A DNA stretch of 64,000 nt from Tubiluchus corallicola. Its lineage: Eukaryota > Animalia > Priapulida. The notes below the pieces were generated by a model. It was not told the DNA's origin. It saw nothing but the letters and a program-made list of their open reading frames with translations, and did no database searches. A program made the position numbers and the translations under genes. The DNA is taken from assembly GCA_030141605.1 (NCBI GenBank), contig JAQGDQ010000001.1:1798001-1862000 (forward strand), given 5' to 3'. Shown here in pieces: positions 1-61,309 of the stretch; position 1 is the first letter of the stretch; each line of letters begins with the position of its first letter.

Positions 1-706
1 TAGATGGCACTGTTTAATTACAATATTTGATGATACACAGATTGAGTAGAGCTACAAAAATCAGCTGAGCACATGCATATTAAAGACAAGGTCTTTGGTT
101 TATGGCTCAAGTCCTGAGGTACTTCTTTAGTAATTTACCCAGGTTAAATTTCCTTCAGCTATTAAGTTTATCGATTTTCTATTGTTGAATACTCCTAGAA
201 CCTGACTGTAAAACTTAAATGCAGAGTTATTACATGCAAACACCAGTCGTGACACCAGCTTAACAGATTAAGTCTATTTCACACTTAAGAAAAACGCTGT
301 GTATTATAAAACTTTTGCTGCCATACAAAACAAAGCACTCTGGTGTCTATGGAGCTTTTCATGTTACTGTAAAATAAATGCAACATAATCAACAAGGAGA
401 GTCTTGTGTTAAACATTACTCAACTGTATGAAGTAGATTAGTAGATGGATTAGCATAATGAATTACAGATGAAAATGAAGAAAAGACCTTATTTTGACTA
501 TGAAATAGTGATTATAAAACAAATGTGCACACTAGTTATGCTTTATTTAACATTTCTCTTGGCCACGAGCAAAATAGGTACAATAAACACTGTCTATCAT
601 TCATATTTTTTCCTAGTACAAATATGGTTAATAAAAAATGTGTTTCCTATAGTGATGTCTTTTAGTCTAAAACCGCCACACAGACTACAAAAAACAATCG
701 GACACA

Positions 707-23612
<22,906 letters not shown>

Positions 23613-24018
23613 GATTCACTTCTTTATAGCTGAAAAGTAGTATGTAAAATAAAATGTAATCAAGCATTAAATATTTTTGTTTCTTGATGTGCATACTGAG
23701 GATGTAATCTTAGGTTAAAGGGTTATACAGGTTGCAAATTTGGTAGTTATGAGTAATAAAAAGCAAATGTGTGGTTAATATGTTACACTGTGAATTTTTA
23801 CTAATGCTGAAGAATTATTTTTGAAGATAAATATTGGAATCTAATTTTTTTTAAATATACAACAAAACTTTGTAAGCACTAAATAGTTATTAATTACAAT
23901 GTAGAATTACAGAAGAGAATTTTTATGAATTTAAATCATAAATGGTACATAACTATTAGCTAGATTATAATCATCAGTCTGAACATGACCTAGATGTCTC
24001 GTTTTGTTAAACTAATCT

Positions 24019-24783
24019 TCAAACCTCTTTATACTGCCCACTTTTGGACAGGAAAAAAGTTGGCGCTATAACGAGGTGCGTTAAAATTTGACATTGATGA
24101 ATCACAAGACAGTCAGACAAGTGTTCACAGGTTAGAGTCCACAATTATCAAGCTTAACGAATTAAAAGAAAATTATTAAATTAATCATTTGTGAATTAAT
24201 GGCTGACTCAAAATCAACCATCTTTAACAAAAACATTTTGTTTACATAAGCATGGCTTGTACTGTACTTTGTAGGCCTACTGCTCCACTAAATATGTATA
24301 TGTAAAAAAGTTAAGTCATAACTACAAATTTCTTGCTAGAATTTACTTGGATGATTCTTGGAAAACAAGCATATATCACATTACTTACAATGAAAAAAGA
24401 ACAATGTGTTTTTTTGTCGGTTGCTATTATGACTGCACGGTGCATTGACAATAATATCAGAGCTGTCAATTATTTACTATTGCAGTTGAACGATGTACAG
24501 TACAGATTGCAAATAATCAAAACATGATAACATGCATTATTTTTACACGGCGTTTGGTCTGTGTCTACGACCAGCGGAGTGTATAGCAGCTTGTATAATA
24601 GCTGGCATGGCTGGTGGTATTTCCCCATTGAACAAACATATTAATTTGCCTGGTGGATGGCAGGCAATGGGTGGGGGTATAACAGGTTATTTTTATATGC
24701 AGTTGAATACAGCCATTTTGTTCCTAGCCATTTTGCAGGTGGCAAACGAGCTTGGCAGTATAAAGGGGTATAGCAAGGTTTGA
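24019..24783. mobile_element. Degenerate pogo/Tigger-like MITE
   Basis: The left end AAACCTCTTTATACTGCC is inverted-complementary to GGCAGTATAAAGGGGT (about 24754-24769), followed by AGGTTTGA. No ORF; TSD unclear. Confidence 0.4.
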
Positions 24784-26142
24784 TTATACATGTGATTAAT
24801 TGGTTAAATAATTTTTCAGAATTAATGAATGTTGTTTACACTTCTGCGCTTTAGATGCAGATCATGCGATTGTAGGTATGAGTTCTGTGGAACAGAAACT
24901 GAAAATCATTGCAAATGCTTGAAAGTTACTTTGAATGAATTTTTAATCATGTTAAGGTGCACTGTAATAATATATCTTGTTTAATGACATTGTCGAACAT
25001 TCGAGGTTTGCTTGGCAACTTCTTCAATAGCTCTACTGATCATCTCATGCACAACTTACTGCTGATGCCATATTCCCCTTGGCCCCACTTTCAACTCTGA
25101 TCATCCCAGGTTAGATAAAACACGAAGCTGGCATATGATTTCAACATAAGTTTGTTTTTTAATTATTTTCAAATTGATGTATCATAATTGAATTGATCAT
25201 TATGTTTATATTTTATTCCTTTTATTTAATGGTATTTGATGAAAATTTTCAAATTTCACAGAAATCTGCAAATCGTGCATGCCGATGCACAGTTGCGGAT
25301 TTTCCAGTCGTGGATAAAAAAAGAAATTGATATCCGCACAGCCCTGTTTCTAACTCTGGACGCTTCAGAAAGTTGTTGAAAACAGAATAAAACTTAGCAG
25401 TATAGATTTTGCGGTAACAACGTTTGGTGATTTTTTTCGAGTAGACTACCTTATCTAAAGAAATAAGGAGCTAGATAAGGTATAAACAAGAACTTGGAAA
25501 GAAATAACATTTAGTAGATTGAAGTATAATTTTGTAAAACCAAATATGCTTAATTTTTTTTGCTACCCATGTCATTGATGCTTGGTGCGGTGGTTGCATG
25601 CTTAAAAAATGAAAATTTGATGCAACTTTTTACGACCGGTTAGCCTCATGATGTCCCCACGCGTTAAATCCATAAAAACTAATGGGATTTAGCATATTAT
25701 GTTATCGATCCCTCTACTTTTCTGAGCGTACTGTAAAAAACAAAAAAATTGTGCAGACACCACAATTGGAGGAAGTCATGTCACAGCTACGTTTTGCTGC
25801 TCCCAAGAAGTCATAAGTGCTTGTTCAGAATCTGATGTGCATAACATGAAAGCAGTTTTTTAATAATTGCGCACTGATATGATAAATTGATAGGTGGATC
25901 TCTAGGATCCATTTACTTTTACATTGATATTAATAGTTTAAAAAGCCCACCAACACGTGAGCCGCCATGACAGAAAAGAGTCGCCACCTGTGGTAAATAA
26001 AGAAGAAAAGTGATTTCTTATAAGTGATCATGTTTGTTGACATGGACAAACCAGTCTGGAGTCCGGACAAACATTGTTGATAGCAAACTCATCATCCATT
26101 TATCATCACTTCTTCTCAGTGCTCAGATAATAGAGATTCACA

Positions 26143-26560
26143 TTATTATTATTATTTTATCACAGCGTTGTGGACATCTCAGACTTGCCATAATAATTTT
26201 TCCAATCTCGCATCCACCATATAACATCCCAAAAACGACATTGTCCCGGTGCGCATTCGTTGGTTTACTCTCCTTCTGGTATGCCTACAGGTATTAGAAT
26301 AGGAGGTTCCTTGTGCGGAGTGCTATAACAAGTTTATATTTTACAAAACTGTCCACATTTTTGGCTCTCACTAATGATTCCTGTAGTGAGTTACACATAG
26401 TCACTTCAGTTTGAGAAAAGCTATTGCGATGCCTTTCGGTATTAATTCTATGCTTGAGCAATTTAGTGTGGTGTCCACGTGTTATGATTCTTGTGAGTGT
26501 AAAAGATTGGTTTGTGTCAACAGCTGTGAGCAACATACTTATTAACACACTTCAGCGAGA
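26143..26560 (-). mobile_element. CR1-type LINE 3' fragment
   Basis: ORF 26548-26294 contains TRGHHTKLLKHR...NSFSQ...CNSLQESLVRAKNVDSF, a decayed form of the CR1 ORF2 C-terminus (TRGH..KL...FFS.RV...WN.LP..VV.A.SV..FK); (AAT)n tail near 26143-26158. Confidence 0.7.
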
Positions 26561-26862
26561 AATGCAAACAGCATCAGTTGTCAGTCTAGGTGTTACTTTG
26601 GAATTAACTCTGCTGACACTTGCTCATCGAAAAGATCAATTGCGGTAGTGAGTTTAAGACGCTAGTTCTATGGAAGATGCTCTCACGAGTCATCCTCAGT
26701 AAAAACTGATGATGTGTTTATAGTTCATGTGATTGCTTTTTTGCTGCTTCATAGACTTTGTTCTTTCATTTAAGGACGTAAAACAACTGATTATGAAATA
26801 AGTTTTCCACACCTGTCTTTTTATCGCTATAATTTCCCACCAAAAATGGTTTATTGGAAAAG

Positions 26863-28003
26863 TATTATTATTATTATTATTGTTGTTGTTGTTGTTGTTG
26901 TTGTTGTTATTGTTTTTATTATTATTATTACTTTACTTAATTTTAGCAAAACAGTAACAGCGTTATAATCACTTGCAAATTAGCTATTATAAATTTAATT
27001 TCTTTGAACTCGTTACTATTCGTATCCTCACATTCTTATTGTAGCCCTTACATTGAGTGGCCATGCATAAGCCTGGTCTGGGCGCGGGCGGAGTGGTGCG
27101 ATTGCGATTGCGATACTCGACTCTCTCCACCTATCAGAGGCGGGCACCTTTATAGGGTGCAAAGTCTATTCTTCTTTAACGCTGATCTTTTATTTGTCTT
27201 TTCCAAGTTTAATGTCTTTATTTGTCTTTATCCTGTATTCCATACATTCATTCACTAGATTTCTAATTTCTAGCAATCCTTCCTTTTCACTGTTCATTAA
27301 TACATCTGAGTTCAAAATTTTTTTCCATTCTCCATATCTGTAACATCTAAGCATATGTTCAGTAGTGTCATCATCTTCCTTACACACTGGGCATAATAAC
27401 TGATCCTTAAACTCATTCTTGTAGTTCCCCTTAACTTTAATCATATTCAGTCTTATTTTCAATATATCTTTAACCTCTTCTGGCTTGCATGTGTCTATGT
27501 AATTTTGTCATTTCCACTCGGTATGCCTTAAAAATCTTAATTTAGTGCTGCTCCTGCATTTTTCTGCACATTAGCTCTTTATACAACATTCAATCTTATT
27601 CATTATTTCTTTCTTCCATTCAGACTTTTTCATGACCTTCACCCTTTCTTTATTAGCATCTATGGTATATATTTTTGCAGTCTCAAATACTTCATTATAC
27701 CATGACCTTTTGTGTACACTGTTTATTTGCATTTCGAGTATCTCTGTTGCTAATCTCTTTGGTTTACTAATCAGTAAATTCCGATAGAACATCAATATCC
27801 TATAGTTTACTTTATGTTTTAGAGGCCATATGCCTGTTTCAGTTACTAATCCCCAGTATGGCGTTGATTCACTAAGATTAAATAATGTTTTTAAAGCGTT
27901 TGCTTGAATCATTTCTAATTTCTCCCAATCAGTTGTTGTCAAATTTGACCATGTCTCAGAACTATTTAGCACTGCACTCACTGAAAGAAGCTCGTACAGC
28001 AGT
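26863..28003 (-). mobile_element. 5'-truncated RTE/RTEX-like LINE (RT C-terminus, CCHC knuckle, 3'UTR, (AAT)n/(AAC)n tail)
   Basis: ORFs 27981-27571 (LNSSETW...KLEMIQ...STPYWGLVTETGIWP) and 27462-27190 (CPVCKEDDDTTEHMLRC) are in the same frame, separated by two premature stops; trinucleotide tail at 26863-26930. Confidence 0.88.
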
Positions 28004-29817
28004 GGGACGTGTTGTATGAAAAAATCGTACTAAAGGCAGGGTGTCGTACGTTTGTGCGTCATATAAAACAAGCTTAAATATTTTTGACGTGTTGAAGATT
28101 TCTCGTTTTCATCTGAGTGCTTTTTCAACCTGTTTTGATGATGATGGCAACGTAGGAAATAATGTGTAATTCTAAGATGTAGTTCCGAAGATTAAAATGG
28201 TTACTTAGGGCATCTTCTCAGATTACCGAGTGAAAGACCGGTAAGAATCACCATAGAAGAAGCGTCAAAACCTTGCAAATAAACGCCTGGCAAAGCAAAA
28301 ACAACTTGTTAAGTAAGGACCTAAGGTACAAAAAGATGTTCAATAACTTCACCCAGATATTATTTTAGGAAATTGGGAGCACAAGAACTTACGCTGTTAC
28401 CAGGAGATAAAAGTGTGTGGAATTTTCTAATAAGTGAGTGTGCCCCACTGTTGACAACAGATTGAATGAGAATTTGATGATGACTTTTAAAAGAAGTATG
28501 AAGAGTCCCTGAGATTTTTTCATATTAAACCGTTCATTTGTGAAGAAGTGAAATAATGAAATCAAACCCCAACGTTTTTGTGTACAATAATTACCCAAAC
28601 TTAATTAACAAAACATGATACTTTTAACATTTGCAGTACTGTACCTGCAGATTCTGCGCTCGGCAAACTTTACTTACATAGCGTCATGGCCCATTCTCAC
28701 AAACTCTTGTTTGCTGACAGTGGTTACAAACTTACAATATAAAGTCTATAGACAAACTAGAAAAAATATGAAGAATGTTTGGTAGAAATTTGTTATTTAT
28801 GTCGAAAAATATAACACTGTTATAATTTTACCGGACTACAAAAAATTTAATGAAATCATTGCAAGAAAGGATTCATTTATTTCACAAGAATATGTGCAGT
28901 ATATCAAGATTTTGAATGAAAAATTAAACATTGTAACCCTTCCACCAAAATGCCGAGTGTCAATAAAAAATGTCGTTTTATACACAAACTTACTGTGAAA
29001 TTAAGCTTTTTTTAAATACTGCAATAAAATTAGTTCCCATTGCCTTAGTATACAATGTTATGATTAGTCTAAAAGAGCAAAATAAGTTAACGATGTGGGT
29101 TTAAGTAACATAAGTTGTCCTAGCTAGACCTTGTAAAAGGGGTCAGTTCCTGTTTTTTCCGATTCTGTGGCACCTTTGTCTATGTCTTTTTTTGGCTTGG
29201 AGAAATTTATAATAAATCTGACTTTTTCTAACCTTTCTGGAAATTGTATGTCTACATTTAGTACCTCAAGCACAACATTTTACCGTTATGATGTCTCTGT
29301 TTTACTGCCTAAGAAATTTTTGTTGCTAAAATTGTTTACAGATGGAAAAATAAAAGTAATACTAATAATTCACACTTGATTTTGACTCTAGCAATATATT
29401 TTCCAATCTGTGCATCAGTTGATTATCTTACAAAATTGTTAGTAATATTGTTTCAGAACCTGTTCCTTGAGCTTTTGTGAAGAAACGATGTTGAGACTGG
29501 GCTCGTACTTTAAAACAAGAAAATTTATATAGTGATTGCTAGTTACTCTTTATTTCTGCAGACGAAAAATGAATAGATGGTGTTTTTTGAAATTTTTACT
29601 CTGGTGTAATTAGAAGGCAGTAAGCAGTATCAGACCAAGGAGTTTAAATGTTACTTCCAATTTACAGATACTGTATAGGTCTGAATATGTTCATTTATGT
29701 CATAAATGTGAACATTTGGGAACATGATCAAAATTTCTTTCATTTTACTGATTGAAAAATGAGTTGCTTGCTATGATTATAAAACACTCATGACAACTTG
29801 TACTTGCAGGCTACAGC

Positions 29818-56997
<27,180 letters not shown>

Positions 56998-58392
56998 TCT
57001 GAGCACTTTAATGTTGATTGTGTTAGGCCCAAAACAGATATGCACAGACATTATATAGTTTCAAAGTTCACATCTGCAAATACACATGTTTCCAAATTGC
57101 TGGTTTTTTGGCAGTGATTGTTAGGTATCGAATTTAAGCAAAGAAGTGATGAACTTGCTTTCTTATCACACAGCACATGAGTACTGGCAAACAATAATTA
57201 TCTAAACAGCTAAAAACAAGTTTTAATTCTCTGCTTGGGTGTGTTAAAAAGTAACTTCTGCAAACGAATAAATACATTTATTGTTTTTATAGTCCCCTTT
57301 ATTGTTATACAGAGTTTGTTGGGTCAACCCGATCCAATTCCAAATGTGAAACAGGAAGGTTGTTTTAGTTCTCCCATAGTTGTTTAGGTTGTTATTAGGA
57401 AGTAAGTCTTGTGTGTCCAATTTCAAGATGCACTCAGAAAAAAATTCACTCACTCACTTCCTTGTTCATTATCTAAAATATTTTGTAATATTTTTGAAAA
57501 CCAACATTTCTTTCACTTACATTGTGTAATGCCTGTGTGTGACTTTTTTGGGCTTTGTGATACTACTTCTTGTTTTACATTTATTTGTTTAATACCAAGT
57601 AGCAAAACTGAATAATTCATAATATGTCACCAAGCCATTCATTAAACAGTCATTGTTTATTATGTTGTGTTTGCAGTTTTACGGTTTGTGTAAAATGTAC
57701 TGTACTCGTTTTTATTTATTCACATATCAAATTCTATTACTGTAATATTAAAAATTCTATATTTTCTTAACATTCTTTATTTTTTATTATTTTTATGTTT
57801 GCTTGTAAATTTTCACAGCGTTGCATCTGGTGACAGCCTAGAAAGCTTGTGCACTGGTCTTAATAGATGCTGATTTATGAAAGAAATAAAACAAGTACAA
57901 AACTTCCCAGATTAATTGAAGGAGTGTGACTGCACACTATCATTTCGTCTTCCTAAAATGTCAAGAAATGTTTATTTGAAGCTTGTAGGATTATCATTTG
58001 CAACAATTTCGAAAATCAGCTGAACTAAAGTGGTAAAGTAGATTGAACAAGAAAAGTGAAGTTACCAGCTTTTTCTTGTGTCTGAGAGTTTGTTCCTCCA
58101 AGTGGGCAGTCATCCAAAAAGCTTCAGAGAAAAGTGTTTTATAAAAATCATTTTAATTATAGAAAAAGGAGATGAATAAAATGGAAAGGATAAGCTATGT
58201 AAATAAGAGAAGCTATTGAAAATATGCATTAATGGGTGACATTAGAAAAATTAACAATATTGTGCAAAAACATTAAGCTCACAATAGACGTAGCCTAGTA
58301 AGGACGAGTTACACTTGGAATACAACAAAATTCCAGAATAAAAATTGGATGTCATAACATTTTAGACACTACTGTATAATAGTTTATTATCG

Positions 58393-58519
58393 TCAGTTGA
58401 AAAGAACAAGAAGAAAAGTACAGAAAACTACATACAATTATTTTTGTATTCATAATCAGTTGAAAGGAGCAAGAAGAAAGGTGCAAAAACTACATGCAAC
58501 TATTTTTGTATTCATAATC
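58393..58519. repeat. Two-copy tandem repeat, unit about 63 bp
   Basis: TCAGTTGAAA(A/G)G(A/G)..CAAGAAGAAA..T.CA.AAAACTACAT.CAA.TATTTTTGTATTCATAATC occurs twice. Confidence 0.9.
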
Positions 58520-59402
58520 TGTAACTGTAACGCTTCCATTGATAGTTCTTAAGCGCAGAAAAAATTGCAAAAGAAAAATACGAGTATAACATCGATAACA
58601 CAGTAGTAACAATATAGTGTATAAGTTATGAAGCACAAATTTTACAGTAGCCTGCTGGCGTGCAAAAGAAAATTTAGGAAAACTGTTTGTGGTGTGTTAA
58701 ACAAGCAGCGGTAGCTGAATGAATCTTGTGGGTGTGTTATCTGAAGGGCCGAATCTATTAAAAGATACAGTATTAGTGATGTTCTGCATGGTACAGTAAG
58801 CTGAAGAATAGAATCAAAGTTACAGTTCCAGTTGTATTAAATTAATCAGTTATGAAGGCGGCTGAAACTGGTCTAATAAAAAGATGTGATAAAAAAGTAA
58901 AAATTAATGTTAGTGGATATTAGCTATTAGTGCCAGTACTGTTTTTCCAATTTTATGAGTTTTCTTAGACATCAGATGTTTTGTTGTTGAGGTATAAGCA
59001 TTTGTTTGAAGCGGTAATTGTGTACAACAGGAAATTGAATTAACAATTTGTAATTGACGTCCAGAATATTGATCTACCGATCCGCTGTGACATAAATACG
59101 CCCAGCAGCATTCGGGGTAGCAGTTCACGCTTGATAACTACTGTCTTTGGTAAACAACTTGACAACTAATGTCTAGTCAGCGGATGAACTGATCCGGCTT
59201 TTTTATACATGCAAATTACGCAATGATCGTGCAACTAAAAGTTTCCCCAAAGTTTTTTAATTGTTTATAACAAAAACGATTTCCATTTTGTTAACAACCA
59301 ATTATAAATTTTAGTAGCTTTCTAACATCTCATTGTAATGTAAGAACAAATTACGAGCTTTTCTGAAAAGAGGGAAAAGGACGACGATGAGCTTGCGGAC
59401 AG

Positions 59403-59760
59403 TAGAGGTGAGCATTGGAATTCGACTCGAACGAGTTTTTTTAGTTCGAATTCGATTCGAACCTAAAACAATAGATTCGAATAACTCAACACTTCAATCA
59501 CATACGTTCTTTCCCATTAAAATGATTGAAACATCACACAATTAACATAATTTAGCTGTGATTGTGCACAATTTTAAACAAATTATTAATGGTTTTACTG
59601 GAGAACAAAATCGAGTAATATGCATGATCTTTGTAAGACTAATTTTTACTGGTGGTTGGAAAGTCTTTCAATCTCAATTCGAATTCGAAATATTGAAATT
59701 CAGTTCGATTCAAATTCGACAGTCACAAATTCGATTTCTGGTAGAGAATACTCACCTCTA
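59403..59760. mobile_element. hAT-family MITE, 358 bp
   Basis: 14-bp TIR TAGAGGTGAG(C/T)ATT; 8-bp TSD GCGGACAG (59395-59402) / GCGGATAG (59761-59768); clusters of TTCGA subterminal motifs at both ends. Confidence 0.9.
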
Positions 59761-60184
59761 GCGGATAGGCGGGATAACCGTATAGTTTATAGTGTCGATA
59801 ACGCTTGGTGATAAGAAAAATTTGTAATTGTGCTTGTACAAGTACGACTATGACTTTGTTTCGTATCACTGAGGTTCGTAGATAACTCGCGGGGAAGGCT
59901 TTGATGGAAAAACCCAAAGTTGTTGCAAAGATATCCCATAATGTTACCGACAATTCTTTGATCTTTAGTTAATGTTTTCGTTCTGGAAAAGAATTTAGCA
60001 GTAAGTGGGTTTATTTACAAATCGTCATTAATACTTTAAGCTTAAAAAGTTTGTAATATTAAAAACAGATTAGCTTTGGAGGTCAAGTATAGCTCAACCT
60101 AATGGTAATTAAAGTAATATTTATTGTTATTAGTAAATAAAAAAAGGAAAAACTGATGCTGCAATTAAGGTTAACGTAATTTGT

Positions 60185-60545
60185 AAGACCATATAAGGCG
60201 TACATGTAAGACACATTTTCAGTTCAATTCAATTTGAAATGAATTTCATGAATTTTTGTCAAATTGTATTGTTCCAATATGGAACTCATTGCCTGTTTCT
60301 GTAAATGGGTCACCATTAGTTACTGCTGGAAATGTTAAGTTATTTCGTAAAAGACTTGAACACGCTGATTTAACAAGGTTTCTTAAATTCGATAGACACA
60401 TGTAACTAGCTTTGCTCTGTGTGTCCTCCTGCACATCTTAATAAGTGCTAATTATGTAGTATGCTAGTAACTGTATTGTATTTTTATTTTTTTAATGAAT
60501 GTGATTTTATGTACTAGTAATGGATGTGAATAAACTAAACTAATT
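60185..60545 (+). mobile_element. CR1/L2-type LINE 3' fragment
   Basis: FLSNCIVPIWNSLPVSV...VTAGNVKLFRKRL...DLTRFL (about 60253-60395); AATAAACTAAACTAA tail at about 60529-60543. Confidence 0.72.
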
Positions 60546-61309
60546 TAAAAGCCTTTAATGTAGCTCGGTTTTTATTGGGTGGTATTTGGGCCGCTTGTGT
60601 ACTTTGCTATATAAGTCAGGCCAAGTAGTTTTCATTCAGTATTGACTTTAAATTTTTTAACCTAAGTTAATTTTCATATTTATGAGCAACACATTTCTCT
60701 AATTACCAACCTATTCATGGTACTGGTGGCAACTTATAATTGTCTGTGGTTTGTATTTGTGCATTTTTGGCTATAAGATGATTATATGGATGGTGCGTCA
60801 CCATCATTTGTAGCTGCAAACATATATCTGGTCCGTTCTGGTCATAACAGTGGCAGTCTGGGATGTACGACAGTTAGCATTCCAATATTTTTAGCTAAAA
60901 AACACTTAAAAAATCAAGCTAAAGTAAGATTTCATACATTTACCATTATAAAAACAGTATGGAACTATAAACTTCAACTGATAATTGAAGTGATTTTTCA
61001 TGAGGCACAGTTTTCTCAATAGTAGTACATGTGTTAAGTTAATATTGTACTTACTGTTTATGATTGTTACTGTTTTGGCTGCGGTATATCTAGTGCCTGC
61101 ACCACATTTATGGTTCAGTTGAATATTAGTATATTTGCAGGTATGATATGACCAGAGCATGTATCTGGGGCTATAGGTTTTATATTAATGAGATGCAAAA
61201 CTTATGTCAATTTAATAGTTATTTTCTTGTTTTTTTCAGTTTGAACCACTGGCATTCTGGCGTCACCCATTTTTCAGTTAGCAGACAGCTATTATATTAT
61301 GAGTTAAAA

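Noticed and set aside
25700-25737. Tc1/mariner-like single terminus (TACAGTACGCTCAGAAAAGTAGAGGG on the minus strand)
   Set aside because: No partner TIR was found nearby.
61148-61309. N-terminal 54 codons of the 882-aa ORF
   Set aside because: They span a polypyrimidine tract and AG acceptor (61240), so they are probably intron/UTR; the ATG at 61310 fits the family better. The last 12 codons after 63760 are likewise intronic.
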